This document shows positions 10,280-21,087 of a stretch of 64,000 bases of DNA, one piece after another. The position numbers and the translations under genes are program-made. The DNA is taken from NCBI GenBank assembly GCA_963723515.1, contig CAVRQT010000001.1, positions 64,001-128,000 on the forward strand. Direction: 5' to 3'. Every line of letters starts with the position of its first letter. Position 1 is the first letter of the stretch. The notes under the pieces were generated by a model that was not told where the DNA came from, searched no databases, and saw only the letters and a program-made list of their open reading frames with translations. This DNA comes from Vulcanimicrobiota bacterium (GTDB lineage: Bacteria > Vulcanimicrobiota > Vulcanimicrobiia > Vulcanimicrobiales > Vulcanimicrobiaceae).

Positions 10280-11342
10280 TGGCGATCGCAGAAGCTGCGC
10301 CGCAAACGACGGTCGGCGAAGAGCTGCTCGGCGTCAAAGACCTTTACAAGTACTTCCCGATTCACGCCGGGCTGATGTCGCGGCACGTCGGCGACGTCAA
10401 GGCGGTTGACGGCGTCGATTTTTCGATTGCGCACGGTGAGACGCTGGGACTCGTCGGAGAGTCGGGCTCCGGCAAGACGACGATTGGGCGCGTCATTTTG
10501 CGGCTGCTGCCTGCAACGCGGCGGCGAGGTCTTATTCGAAGGTCAGAATGTCTTGGCGCTCAGCCGCAACGAGGTCCGGAAACTGCGCAAAGAGATGCAG
10601 ATCATCTTCCAAGATCCGTTCGCGTCGCTCAACCCGCGGATGACGGTGGGCGATATCGTCGGCGAGCCGCTAAAAATTCACGGAATCGCCTCCGGGCGTG
10701 CCGGCGATGAGCGCACGCAAGAACTCCTGCGGCTCGTCGGCTTGCAGCCGTACCACGCGAATCGTTATCCGCACGAATTTTCCGGCGGTCAACGGCAGCG
10801 TATCGGCATCGCACGGGCGCTCGCGGTCGATCCGAAATTCATCGTCTGCGATGAGCCCGTTTCCGCGCTCGACGTCTCGATTCAAGCGCAGGTCATCAAC
10901 TCTGCTCGAAGATTTGCAGGCCAAACTCCGCTTGACGTATCTCTTCATCGCGCACGATCTCTCGGTCGTGCGGCACATCTCGACCCGAGTCGCCGTCATG
11001 TATGTCGGCAAGCTCATGGAGCTGGCCGATCGCGATTCGCTCTACGAAAATCCGCTGCACCCGTACACGCAGGCGTTGCTTTCCGCCATTCCGATTCCCG
11101 ATCCGCGCGTCGAACGGCGCCGTAAACGGATTATCTTGATGGGCGATATCCCTTCGCCCGTGAATCCGCCGTCCGGCTGCCGTTTTCACACGCGCTGCCC
11201 CATTGCGTTCGATCGCTGCCGCGTGGAAATTCCGCCGTTCAATGAGTACAAACCGGGCCATTTTGCGGCGTGCCACTGGGTAGAAGAACACGGGGGCCAA
11301 GCGCCCGATTTAGCGGGCGACGCTGCAGCGAGCGCGGCCTAA
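10279..11342 (+). CDS. oppF: Oligopeptide ABC transporter ATP-binding protein (OppF-like); frameshifts near 10520 and 10900
   Basis: [16 protein letters not shown] and [16 protein letters not shown] spread over three overlapping ORFs. Confidence 0.88.
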
Positions 11343-11349
11343 AAAAATG

Positions 11350-11378
11350 AAAAACCGGCCAGTTTATGGCCGGTTTTT
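11350..11378. terminator. Bidirectional intrinsic terminator
   Basis: aaaaaccggcca-gtt(t)a-tggccggttttt hairpin with A and T tails between convergent genes. Confidence 0.85.
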
Positions 11379-11399
11379 CGCTGCTGTGCGGCGCTAGCG

Positions 11400-11786
11400 T
11401 TAGCTTTTCTTGCGGCCGCCCTTTTTGCGACGCCCGCCTTTACGGCCGGACGATTTCTTACGGCCACCGCTCGATTTCTTGCGGCCACCGCTCGATTTCT
11501 TACGGCCGCCTTTGCGCCCGCCCGATGATTTCTTACGGCCGCTTGATTTCTTGCGTCCGCTCGATTTCTTGCGTCCACCTTTGCGGCCGCCCGTTGATTT
11601 CTTACGCCCGCCGGTTGACTTCTTACGGCTGCCGGTTGATTTCTTACGGCCGCCGGTTGATTTCTTGCGGCCACCGCCGCCTTTTCTGCTACCCGAAGAT
11701 TTGCGACGGCCCGATGATTTTCTGCGTCCGCGACCGGACGTTTCCATGTCCATCGTTTCGCCGTTTTGCATCATGTCGGAATCCAT
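11400..11786 (-). CDS. Highly basic low-complexity protein with RKKS[ST]GG repeats (histone-tail/protamine-like)
   Basis: ATG at 11786 with GAGAGAGG RBS; synonymous third-position variation among repeats; terminator immediately downstream. Confidence 0.8.
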   Translation of the reverse strand: MDSDMMQNGETMDMETSGRGRRKSSGRRKSSGSRKGGGGRKKSTGGRKKSTGSRKKSTGGRKKSTGGRKGGRKKSSGRKKSSGRKKSSGGRKGGRKKSSGGRKKSSGGRKKSSGRKGGRRKKGGRKKS

Positions 11787-11871
11787 CGATGTCCTCTCTC
11801 GTCCCTTCGGACGAACATGATTGATATTGGGCGCGCCGATGTTCGGCGCTTGTGCGTGCATCGTACATTTT

Positions 11872-11889
11872 TTTGCAAGATATTGCAAA
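11872..11889. promoter_or_regulatory. Palindromic operator-like site TTTGCAA-gata-TTGCAAA
   Basis: 7-bp perfect inverted repeat in AT-rich divergent intergenic region. Confidence 0.4.
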
Positions 11890-11927
11890 TGATGAACGCG
11901 CGCGGGACGCGCGTCCGACACTCGAAA

Positions 11928-11958
11928 TTGACGGCGCCCTTGACGCTCGGTATATACT
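11928..11958 (+). promoter_or_regulatory. Sigma70-type promoter for topA, possibly leaderless
   Basis: TTGACG at 11928 followed by TATATACT at 11951..11958; GTG start 7 nt after TATACT; no RBS. Confidence 0.55.
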
Positions 11959-11965
11959 TAGCCCC

Positions 11966-14083
11966 GTGAAAAAGCCCCTGATCATCGTTGAGTCGCCGAC
12001 GAAAGCGCGTACGATCAAGAAGTTCTTGCCGCCGCGCTACACCGTTAAGGCGTCAGTGGGCCATGTCCGCGACCTTCCAAAGAGCACGCTGGGCGTCGAT
12101 ATCGAGCATGATTTCGAGCCGCGATACCTGACGATTAAAGGTAAGGGCGAGGTCATCAAAGACCTCAAGGGTGCGCTGAAAACAGCCGATGACGTGTACC
12201 TCGCGACCGATCCCGACCGCGAAGGTGAAGCGATCGCCTGGCATCTCGCGGAACTTCTGAAACTGCACGATCCGAAGCGGATCGAGCTGCACGAAATCAC
12301 CAAAGAAGCGGCCATGGCCGCGCTGCGTGCGCCGCATCGCATCGATCACAATCGCGTTAATGCGCAGCAGGCGCGGCGCATCCTCGACCGCATCGTGGGC
12401 TATAAGATCTCGCCGCTGCTCTGGTCGAAAATCCGTGGGGGTCTCTCAGCCGGACGCGTTCAGTCGGTGGCGGTCAAATTGATCGTCGAACGCGAGCGCG
12501 AGATCGAGCGTTTCGTCCCCCAAGAATATTGGTCGATTACCGCCTTTCTCTCGCCGCAAGATGACGACGGCGCACTTTTCCCCGCCGACTTGATCCTCGT
12601 TGACGGCGAGAAGATTCAAATTTCGAACGGCGGTCAATCTTCCGCAATCGTTTCGGACCTCGAAGGCGCGCGCTACGTTGTAGAAACCGTCAAACGGCGA
12701 GAGGCACGGCGCAATGCACCGCCGCCGTTCACGACCTCAACGCTGCAGCAAGAAGCGTCCAAGCGTTTAAAGCTGCGCGTTCGGCGCACAATGCAACTGG
12801 CGCAAGCGCTCTATGAGGGCATCGATCTCGGCGCTGAGGGGACGCAGGGCTTAATCACCTATATGCGCACCGATTCGACGCGCATCTCCGATTCGGCGCG
12901 GGAAGCGGCGCGCAACTACATCGTTCAGAAGTACGGCGCGCAGTATCACAGCGGACGGCGAACATCGCGTTCGTGAAGGTGCCCAAGACGCGCACGAAGC
13001 GCTGCGGCCGACATCCATTGAGCGCACGCCCGACACGCTGGCGAACGTGCTCAAGCGAGACGAGCTTCGCCTTTACACGTTAATCTGGCAGCGTTTCGTC
13101 GCCTCACAAATGTCGGCGGCGGTCTTCGATCAGACGACCGTCGATATTACGGCGCAACGTCCGCAAGCGCAGCACAAATACACATTTCGTGCGACCGGCA
13201 GCGTAATGAAGTTCGCGGGGTTCACGGAAGTCGTATAAGGAATAAGGAAGACGATGGGAGCAAGGCCGCGACTCACGGTCGCACGCTCTTGCCTGAAATG
13301 GCGGACGCACAGGCCCTGAGCTTTCACCGGCTCGAGTCGAAACAGCACTTCACCGAGCCGCCGCCGCGCTACACCGAAGCCTCGCTCGTCAAGGCACTCG
13401 AAGACAACGGCATTGGGCGTCCTTCGACGTACAGCACGATCGTCGAAACGATTCAGGCGCGCCAATACGTCACCCAAGAAGACCGCCGCTTCCATCCGAC
13501 GGAGATCGGTATTGCCGTCAACGATCTGCTCGCAGAGCATTTCCCCGACGTCGTCGATCTCGACTTCACCGCTTCAATGGAAAGCGATTTGGATCGCGTC
13601 GAGGACGGCCAAGAAGATTGGGTCTCGCTGCTCAAGCGTTTCTACGGACCCTTCAAAGCGGAGCTCGATCAAGCGCAACGCATGTTGCCGAAGGTTGAAT
13701 TCCGCGATGAGCCGACCGATGAAGTCTGTCCGAATTGCGGCCGCCCGATGGTGATCAAATCGGGGCGCTTCGGCCGCTTCGTCTCGTGCACCGGATATCC
13801 CGAATGCAAGACGACGCATCCCTTGATCGTCGACACCGGCGTGCGCTGCCCGGTCGACGGCGGAATCATCGCCGAACGCCGTTCGCGCAAAGGCCGGGTG
13901 TTCTACGGTTGCGTCAACTATCCGAAATGTGACTTCGTTCTCTGGGATCGTCCGCTGCCACAGGCGTGTCCGGTCTGTGGCGCGCTGGTTGTCGAAAAGA
14001 CGAAGCGCGGCGGCGTGACGCAAATCGAATGCAGCGCCGATCGCACGCATGAAGTCGGACCGGCGACGGCAGCGGTATCGTGA
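11966..14083 (+). CDS. topA: DNA topoisomerase I with C-terminal zinc ribbons; frameshifts near 12960 and 13233
   Basis: IVESPTKA, ATDPDREGE, GRVQS, ITYMRTDS, GAQDAHEA, GIGRPSTY and C4 zinc fingers. Confidence 0.95.
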
Positions 14084-15477
14084 GCGCGTGCATTACGGTC
14101 ATCGGCGGCGGTCTGGCCGGCTGCGAAGCGGCGTGGCAGGCAGCACGCAGCGGTGCGGATGTCGAGCTGATAGAAATGCGGCCGGCGCGGCGAGGTCCAG
14201 CGCATCATACTGCGGATCTTGCGGAGCTGGTTTGCAGCAATAGCTTTCGGGGCGCCGCGCTCGAGAATGCGGTCGGCCTCCTCAAAGAAGAGCTTGTGCA
14301 CCTCGATTCCATTATCATCAGCAGCGCGCGGGAATGTGCTGTCCCGGCCGGCGGCGCACTGGCGGTCGATCGAACACGCTTCTCGCAGTTCGTGCAAACG
14401 CGATTGCTGGAAGAACCGCGCGTGACCATCCGCCGAGAAGAAGCCACTCGTATTCCACGGGATCGGCCAGCGATCGTTGCCTGCGGGCCGCTTCCGAGCG
14501 AAGCGCTGATCGACGATATCGATGCGCTGCTGCAAGAAGCCGGTGCGCGCTCGCGGCTCCACTATTATGACGCCGCTTCACCGATTGTCGCCGCTGATTC
14601 GATCGACACGACGAAGATGTATGCGAAGGCGCGCTATGATAAAGGCAACGGCGACGACTATCTGAACATCCCGCTCGACGAAACGCAATACCGCGACTTC
14701 CTCGCCGACTTGCGATCTTTGCCGCAGCACGAACCCAAAGAATTTGAATGCGATGCTTCGGGTGGGCGGCGACCGTTCTTCGAGGGGTGCCTCCCGATCG
14801 AAGAGATGGCGTCTCGAGGCGACGACGTTCTCCGATTCGGTCCGTTAAAGCCGGTCGGTCTGCGCGATCCGCGCACCGGAAAAACGCCGTATGCCGTCGT
14901 TCAATTGCGCAAGGAGAACGCACAAGCAACCGCCTTGAATTTGGTCGGCTTTCAAACGCGCATGACGTGGCCGGCACAAAGGGAGGCATTTTGCAAACTG
15001 CCGGGGCTGCACGATGCGGAGTGGCTGCGGCTCGGCGTGATGCATCGCAACACGTTCATCGATTCGCCGCGGCTGCTAGATGAAGAGTTGCGATTGCGTG
15101 GCCCTTCGACAGGCTCAGGACAAGCGCTGCATTTTGCCGGCCAAATCACCGGCGCCGAAGGCTACGTCGAAGCCGCCGCATGCGGCGCAATCGCGGGAAT
15201 CGCCGCTGCGCGACGCGCGTTGCACCTGCCGGCGGTGCGCATTCCACGCGAGACCGCACTCGGCGCGGTGATTGCTCATTTGCAGAACGACGTCACGCCG
15301 GATTTTCAGCCCTCGAACGTGACGTGGGGCGACTTTCCGTCGCTCGATGGCGCGCCTAAGGACAAGAAGGCACGCCGTCGGCAAATGGCGCAACGCGCGC
15401 TCGAATCGCTTGTGCATTTCCGCAAGGCAATCGGGCGCGAGACGGCCGGTGGAACCTTGTTGGCACGCGTCGGGTAA
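14080..15477 (+). CDS. trmFO: tRNA (uracil-54)-methyltransferase TrmFO
   Basis: [33 protein letters not shown] and [11 protein letters not shown] motifs; follows topA. Confidence 0.95.
   Translation: MSACITVIGGGLAGCEAAWQAARSGADVELIEMRPARRGPAHHTADLAELVCSNSFRGAALENAVGLLKEELVHLDSIIISSARECAVPAGGALAVDRTRFSQFVQTRLLEEPRVTIRREEATRIPRDRPAIVACGPLPSEALIDDIDALLQEAGARSRLHYYDAASPIVAADSIDTTKMYAKARYDKGNGDDYLNIPLDETQYRDFLADLRSLPQHEPKEFECDASGGRRPFFEGCLPIEEMASRGDDVLRFGPLKPVGLRDPRTGKTPYAVVQLRKENAQATALNLVGFQTRMTWPAQREAFCKLPGLHDAEWLRLGVMHRNTFIDSPRLLDEELRLRGPSTGSGQALHFAGQITGAEGYVEAAACGAIAGIAAARRALHLPAVRIPRETALGAVIAHLQNDVTPDFQPSNVTWGDFPSLDGAPKDKKARRRQMAQRALESLVHFRKAIGRETAGGTLLARVG
15100..15125 (+). repeat. REP-like copy in-frame within trmFO (GPSTGSGQA)
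   Basis: ggcccttcgacaggctcaggacaagc between LRLR and LHFAGQ. Confidence 0.9.
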
Positions 15478-15488
15478 GTAGTCAAGGT

Positions 15489-16034
15489 ATGCGGCTCCAA
15501 TCGACGACGATCATCGCCGTGCGGCGCGATGGGCAACTTGCAATTGCGGGCGACGGCCAGGTGACCTTCGACAAGACGATCATGAAGCACGGTGCGCGTA
15601 AGGTGCGCCGTATTTCCGATGGCAAGGTGCTCGCGGGTTTCGCCGGTTCGGCAGCCGACGGCATCACGTTGCTCGAGAAGTTCGAGGGCAAACTCGGCGA
15701 GTATAAGGATAACATCGTTCGCGCCGCGGTCGAGCTCGCAAAAGACTGGCGCTCGGATCGTGCGCTTCGTCGCCTGGAAGCGCTGTTGATCGTCGGAACG
15801 CCGCAGCATCTCTTCGTGCTCAGCGGCAACGGCGACGTCATCGAGCCGGATGAAGGCGTCGTCGCGATCGGCAGTGGCGGCCCATACGCACAGGCCGCCG
15901 CAACGGCCCTCGTGCGCAACACGTCGCTCGATGCCGAGAAGATCGCGTGCACTGCGCTGGAGATCGCGGCCGACATCTGCATTTATACGAACAAGGATGT
16001 CGTCGTCGAGACGATGTCATCCAACGGACGATGA
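15489..16034 (+). CDS. hslV: ATP-dependent protease subunit HslV
   Basis: STTI N-terminus, [15 protein letters not shown] and AIGSGG motifs. Confidence 0.96.
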   Translation: MRLQSTTIIAVRRDGQLAIAGDGQVTFDKTIMKHGARKVRRISDGKVLAGFAGSAADGITLLEKFEGKLGEYKDNIVRAAVELAKDWRSDRALRRLEALLIVGTPQHLFVLSGNGDVIEPDEGVVAIGSGGPYAQAAATALVRNTSLDAEKIACTALEIAADICIYTNKDVVVETMSSNGR

Positions 16035-17458
16035 CCGACTCATTTGATTTGACGCCGCGTCAGATCGTGGCGGAGCTCGACAAATACATCGTCGGACAAG
16101 GCAAGGCGAAGCGCGCGGTCGCGATCGCAATGCGCAATCGCTATCGCCGGGAACGGGTGAGCGATGAGATGCGCGCCGACATCATGCCGAAGAACATCTT
16201 GATGATCGGTCCCACGGGGGTTGGAAAGACGGAAATCGCGCGACGGCTCGCGTCGCTTGCGGGGGCGCCCTTCGTCAAAGTTGAGGCGACGAAATATACC
16301 GAGGTCGGCTATGTCGGCCGCGACGTCGAGTCCATGATCAGAGATCTCGTCGAGGCTGCGGTGCGCATCGTGCAAGAGGAGCGGCGCGAAGAAGTAAGTG
16401 AGGCGGCCGAACATGCCGCGATCGACCGCATCATCGATGTGCTGCATCCGGAAACGCGCCCTCCATCATCCCAACCGGCGAACAATCCATTCGCAGCGAC
16501 GCTCGGTTCGATCTTTGGTGGAACGGGCACCCAGACGCAGACCGTAACGACGCCCACGACAACCTCGACGTCGCGCGACCAGTCGATGCGTACGCGTGAG
16601 ACCGCGCGTGCCGATATCGAACGCGGTTTCTACGACGTGCGCTTGATCGAAATCGAAGTGGAAGAGGCGCAAAGCCTGCCGATCGGCGTGATCGGAGGCG
16701 TCGACGCGGGCGGCGGCGCGGATTTAGGCGACATGCTCGGCGGCTTGCTTCCGAAGAAGAAGATGCGCAAGCGCGTCACCGTTCAGGAAGCGCGCCGCAT
16801 CTTCGCTCAGGAAGAATCGAACAAGCTAATCGACATGGACGCTGTCAAGCGCGAGGCGCTGCGGCGCGCCGGTGAAAACGGAATCGTCTTCATCGATGAG
16901 ATCGACAAAGTTGCCGGCAGCCAAGGTGGTCGCGGACCCGACGTTTCTCGTGAAGGAGTGCAGCGCGATATTTTGCCGATCGTTGAAGGCAGCACGGTCA
17001 ACACCAAACACGGACCGATCAAGACCGACCACGTGCTCTTCATCGCCGCCGGGGCATTTCACATGAGCAAGCCGTCGGATCTCATCCCAGAGCTCCAAGG
17101 ACGTTTTCCGATTCGTGTCGAGCTCGATTCCCTAACCGCTGAAGATTTCAAGACGATCTTGACGACGCCGCGCAATGCGCTTGTCGAGCAATATAAGGCG
17201 CTCCTCGGCGTTGAGGACGTCACGCTCCAATTTGACGATGATGCGATCGAGCAGATCGCGCAATTTGCGATGCAGGTCAACGACCAAAGCGAGAACATTG
17301 GCGCGCGGCGGCTGCATACCGTGATGGAGCGGCTGTTGGAAGATCTCAGCTATGGGGCACCGGAAGAAAAAGGCGCCGTGCGCATCGACGGTACGTACGT
17401 TCGCGAAAAGTTGGCGCAGATCATAAAGGACGCCGACCTGACGAACTTCATCCTCTAA
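16031..17458 (+). CDS. hslU: ATP-dependent protease ATPase subunit HslU
   Basis: [29 protein letters not shown] and GARRL motifs. Confidence 0.96.
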   Translation: MTDSFDLTPRQIVAELDKYIVGQGKAKRAVAIAMRNRYRRERVSDEMRADIMPKNILMIGPTGVGKTEIARRLASLAGAPFVKVEATKYTEVGYVGRDVESMIRDLVEAAVRIVQEERREEVSEAAEHAAIDRIIDVLHPETRPPSSQPANNPFAATLGSIFGGTGTQTQTVTTPTTTSTSRDQSMRTRETARADIERGFYDVRLIEIEVEEAQSLPIGVIGGVDAGGGADLGDMLGGLLPKKKMRKRVTVQEARRIFAQEESNKLIDMDAVKREALRRAGENGIVFIDEIDKVAGSQGGRGPDVSREGVQRDILPIVEGSTVNTKHGPIKTDHVLFIAAGAFHMSKPSDLIPELQGRFPIRVELDSLTAEDFKTILTTPRNALVEQYKALLGVEDVTLQFDDDAIEQIAQFAMQVNDQSENIGARRLHTVMERLLEDLSYGAPEEKGAVRIDGTYVREKLAQIIKDADLTNFIL

Positions 17459-17998
17459 ATGCCGTACGTTCGCACGATCATCCACGATGGGCATCCGACG
17501 CTCCGTAAGGTTGCAAAGCGCGTTCGGGCTGAAGAAATCGCCGATCCGCTCTTTCAACAACTGATCGACGACATGTTCCTGACGATGTATGCCGCGCCGG
17601 GTATCGGGCTCGCGGCGCCGCAGATCAACGTTTCTAAGCGCGTCTTCACGATTGATCTGCACGATGACGATCCGGCGCATGGGCCGTTTGTCGTCCTGAA
17701 CCCGAAGCTGGTTGAAACGCGCGGCGATGCCGAAGCAGTCGAAGGATGTTTGTCCGTGCCGAGCTACGTCGGTGACATGAAGCGGTATGAGTTCGTCGCG
17801 GTGACCGGCCTCGACCGGTCGGGGAAAAAAATTCGGCTCGAAGGCGACGGACTGTTCGCCCGGTGCGTGCAGCACGAGATCGATCATTTGAATGGGGTGC
17901 TCTACATCGACAAAGCGCGTGATGTCCGGCTCGCGCGTGAAGAAGAAGAGCAAACCGAAGAAGTCGCGCCTGTACCGCAAGCAGAGAGCGTGGGGTAA
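17459..17998 (+). CDS. def: Peptide deformylase
   Basis: GIGLAAPQ, EGCLS and QHEIDH motifs. Confidence 0.96.
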   Translation: MPYVRTIIHDGHPTLRKVAKRVRAEEIADPLFQQLIDDMFLTMYAAPGIGLAAPQINVSKRVFTIDLHDDDPAHGPFVVLNPKLVETRGDAEAVEGCLSVPSYVGDMKRYEFVAVTGLDRSGKKIRLEGDGLFARCVQHEIDHLNGVLYIDKARDVRLAREEEEQTEEVAPVPQAESVG

Positions 17999-18016
17999 TC
18001 CGCGGCGCGTAAGCAG

Positions 18017-18919
18017 CTGCGAACGCTCTTCTTCGGTACGAGCGCGTTCGCGGTTCCCGCTCTCGCGGTTGTGGCTGAGAAGACGCTCTTGCGCGCGATC
18101 ATTACGCAGCCGGACCGCCCCGCCGGCCGCGGCCAACAATTACAGCCCAGCTCCGTCAAGCGTGCCGCCGCCGGCTACGACGTTCCGATTCTTGAACCAG
18201 TCACATTGAAGCGATTCGCGGGCGAACACACAGGTGACGCGTACGACCTCTTCATCGTTGCCTCGTACGGCCGTATTTTGCCGCGGACGCTTCTTGATGT
18301 GCCGCGCCTCGGCGCGCTCAACGTGCACCCGAGCTTGCTGCCGCGCTACCGCGGCGCCACGCCGATTCAATCCGCGCTGCGTAACGGCGACTCTCAAACC
18401 GGCGTTTCCATTATGTTGATGGATGAGGGAATGGATACCGGGCCGCTCGTCGTGCAAGAAACAGTCACCGTCGAGCCCGACGAAAATTACGGGCACCTGC
18501 ACGACCGTTTAGCGAACGTCGGAGCGCGATTACTTTCGCATGCCATCGATCTCGCGGCCGAGAATAATCTAGGCCCATTTCCACAAAGCGGCGATCCTTC
18601 GCTCACGAAGCCGGTTTCGAAGGATGACTTGCACGTCGATTGGCGATGGCCGGCGCGCAAGATCGTCAATACGATTCGTGCCTTCTCCCCGGAGCCGGCC
18701 GCACGCGCCCAAATCGGCGGCACAAATGTCAAACTGCTTAGCGCCGGCGCCCTCGCCGAAGATGTTCGTCCCAATCCCGGTAGCATTCTCGACCGCGGCG
18801 ATTCTCTATTGATCGCGTGTGGTGACGGCGCAATCCAAATCCACGAGCTCATTCCGGCGAGTCGCGCAAAGATGTCCGGGCGCCAATTCAAACAGTGGCT
18901 CAGAACGCAGCAAAAGTGA
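18017..18919 (+). CDS. fmt: Methionyl-tRNA formyltransferase; start uncertain (CTG at 18017)
   Basis: LRTLFFGTSAFA, TQPDRPAGRG, NVHPSLLPRYRGATP and MDEGMDTG motifs. Confidence 0.93.
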   Translation: MRTLFFGTSAFAVPALAVVAEKTLLRAIITQPDRPAGRGQQLQPSSVKRAAAGYDVPILEPVTLKRFAGEHTGDAYDLFIVASYGRILPRTLLDVPRLGALNVHPSLLPRYRGATPIQSALRNGDSQTGVSIMLMDEGMDTGPLVVQETVTVEPDENYGHLHDRLANVGARLLSHAIDLAAENNLGPFPQSGDPSLTKPVSKDDLHVDWRWPARKIVNTIRAFSPEPAARAQIGGTNVKLLSAGALAEDVRPNPGSILDRGDSLLIACGDGAIQIHELIPASRAKMSGRQFKQWLRTQQK

Positions 18920-20241
18920 GCGCACGGCGGGTTGCGCTGCATGTCGTTCGTGACGTCTTTGCGGAAGAGAAGCAGCAGCGCACCGCGCAAGAGTCGCTCG
19001 ATTTTCATTTGCGAAAAACCGGACTCCCCTCGCGCGATCGCGCGCTCGCGACGGAGCTAGCTTACGGAACGATCAAGATGCGGCGCCTGCTGGACTGGTA
19101 TCTTCGCCCATACATCGGCAAACGCGCGAAGTTGCCGCCGCCGGCAACGCTCGAAAGCTTGCGGCTCGGCGCATACGAATTGCTGTTTATGAGGTCGGCG
19201 CACCATGCCGTCGTGCACGACTGGGTCGGGCTTGCGAAGCTATTCGGCCATCGTGGGGTCGCGGGCTTAGTGAACGCCGTGCTGCGATCGCTCATTCGTG
19301 ACGAACCGGGACCTCCGGCCCCAAAAGATTTTGAAGACGCGGACGACTATCTCGGCACGCTCTTCTCGTTGCCGACGTGGATCGTCAAAGCGTGGCGCTC
19401 GCAATTTGGCGATGCGCAGCTCGAACCGATTCTTCAGAGCATCAACGAGCCGGCTCAGCCGGCGGTCGCCATCAATACGGCGCACAGCGGCATTGATGCG
19501 GCGCAAGTTTGGTTCGAAGAACAGGGGATGAAGGTGAGGCGATCGCCTCTCGTCGACGAGGTCTTACTGATCGAACGCAATGGGTTTGTACCGTATGAGC
19601 GGTTGACCAACGGTGGCGCATGGCATCCGCAGAGCGAAGCGGCCGCGATTCCGGTCGACGTCTTGAATCCACAGCCCGGTGAAACGGTGCTCGACGTCTG
19701 CAGCGGACGCGGTAATAAAGCGCTTCAAGCCGGAGCGCGCCTCGGCTCCGAAGGTGCGTTGACGTGCATCGAAAAGGACGCGCGCAAGGTGCGAGTGTTG
19801 GGGCAGCGGCTGCAAGAAGCTGGACTCACCGCCGCCATCGTGACTGGCGACGCGACAGAAGAACTGGTGCAGCGTTCGTTCGATCGCGTGGTTCTCGATG
19901 CGCCTTGCAGCGGCACCGGCGTCTTCGCTCGCTGTGCTGAGGCCAGGTGGCGCAAAGATCCGCACGACGGCGCTCGTTTGGGAGCGCTGCAGAGTGCTTT
20001 GCTCGAACGAGCTGCTGACCGCGTGGACCCCGGCGGCGTGCTGGTCTATTCGGTTTGCTCGACCGATCCGCGCGAAGGCCGTGAAATCGTCGATGCTTTC
20101 GTGCGAGCGCATCCCTTTGAGCGTGGACTTATTCCCGCACGCTACGCCTCGTTCTTGAGCGACGAAGGTGATATCCTGATCCCGCCCGGCATCGATGGGC
20201 GCGATGGGTTTTTCATCGCGCGTATGGAGCGCGCGGGATGA
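18916..20241 (+). CDS. rsmB: 16S rRNA m5C967 methyltransferase RsmB/Sun
   Basis: NusB-like N-terminus (ELAYG, VNAVLR), LDAPCSGTG and DGFFIAR motifs. Confidence 0.88.
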   Translation: MSARRVALHVVRDVFAEEKQQRTAQESLDFHLRKTGLPSRDRALATELAYGTIKMRRLLDWYLRPYIGKRAKLPPPATLESLRLGAYELLFMRSAHHAVVHDWVGLAKLFGHRGVAGLVNAVLRSLIRDEPGPPAPKDFEDADDYLGTLFSLPTWIVKAWRSQFGDAQLEPILQSINEPAQPAVAINTAHSGIDAAQVWFEEQGMKVRRSPLVDEVLLIERNGFVPYERLTNGGAWHPQSEAAAIPVDVLNPQPGETVLDVCSGRGNKALQAGARLGSEGALTCIEKDARKVRVLGQRLQEAGLTAAIVTGDATEELVQRSFDRVVLDAPCSGTGVFARCAEARWRKDPHDGARLGALQSALLERAADRVDPGGVLVYSVCSTDPREGREIVDAFVRAHPFERGLIPARYASFLSDEGDILIPPGIDGRDGFFIARMERAG

Positions 20242-20912
20242 GCCTCTTTTCCAGAATCGAAGAAGCGTGTGCGTCGCTGATCGAGCGCGCGTTCGCGCGC
20301 ACCTTTCCAAGCGATCTCGAACCCGCGCACATCGCCCGCAAACTGGTTGCCACGATGGAAGCGAAGGCATCGCACGAAGGGCAGACGATCGTAGCGCCTG
20401 GCACCTACACCGTTCGCGTCAGCCATGATGATTTCTCACGGCTGGCGGCCCACCGGCAGTATCTTGAACAAGAGTGGGCCGCCTTGATTGCCGAGGTTGC
20501 GCGTCGCGTATCGATCGAATTCAATGAGCCGCCGGATGTGATGCTCTCCGAAGATGCAAGCGTCGTAACAGGCGCCGTTGAGATCGACACGGCGTTTATC
20601 GAGTCGCAACCGACAAAGCGCTTTCGCCTGCGCGTCGTCAAAGGCGTTCCGCCGGATCGCGTCTTTCCGCTCGATCGAACGCTTGCCATTGGGCGCAGCA
20701 CGAGCAACGACGTCATCCTCACCGATCCGCGCATTTCACGCCGCCACGCACGCATCGAAGCCGGCAACGGTGATCCGATCCTAATCGATCTGGATTCGAC
20801 GAACGGCACGTTTGTTGACGGCAAACGCGTCACGGAGCCGTTGCACTTACGTGCGGGCAATGAGATTGCGCTCGGCAACACGACACTCGGGATCGAAGAA
20901 GAGGGCCTCTGA
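20238..20912 (+). CDS. fhaA: FhaA-like protein (DUF3662 plus FHA)
   Basis: IERAFARTFPSDLEPAHIARKL N-domain; IGRS...ISRRH...STNGT FHA domain. Confidence 0.85.
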   Translation: MSLFSRIEEACASLIERAFARTFPSDLEPAHIARKLVATMEAKASHEGQTIVAPGTYTVRVSHDDFSRLAAHRQYLEQEWAALIAEVARRVSIEFNEPPDVMLSEDASVVTGAVEIDTAFIESQPTKRFRLRVVKGVPPDRVFPLDRTLAIGRSTSNDVILTDPRISRRHARIEAGNGDPILIDLDSTNGTFVDGKRVTEPLHLRAGNEIALGNTTLGIEEEGL

Positions 20913-21067
20913 TTGAGTCGTCGTGGTTCAGCCTCGTGATGATTTTTCGTCGAGTTCGAGGCGCGAGGACGGACGCAATGCCGCAGCGCATTGTGGCCGC
21001 CGCAGTAACGATGAAATCGACAAAAAGCGTCCGAGGATCAACCTCGTGCGATTCAATCGGAGGCCCT
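20902..21067. mobile_element. MITE-like ~166-bp palindromic element
   Basis: Terminal inverted repeats agggcctctgattgagtcg / cgattcaatcggaggccct plus internal nested inverted segments. Confidence 0.6.
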
Positions 21068-21087
21068 TACACTAGAGGCCCTCTATC

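Noticed and set aside
11366..11824. Plus-strand repetitive ORFs (RPPLDFL)n and (ISYGR)n
   Set aside because: Shadows of the minus-strand basic protein, which has the RBS, terminator and synonymous codon pattern.
10279..14083. Programmed frameshifting or pseudogenisation of oppF, topA and many other genes
   Set aside because: Indels are scattered across all gene classes including essential topA, with no shared slippery motif; most consistent with uncorrected long-read errors. Read polishing would settle it.
16801..16812. Partial REP-like matches (cttcgctcagga in hslU; also near 8651 and 27704)
   Set aside because: Only half the motif, within normal-looking protein sequence; probably chance.
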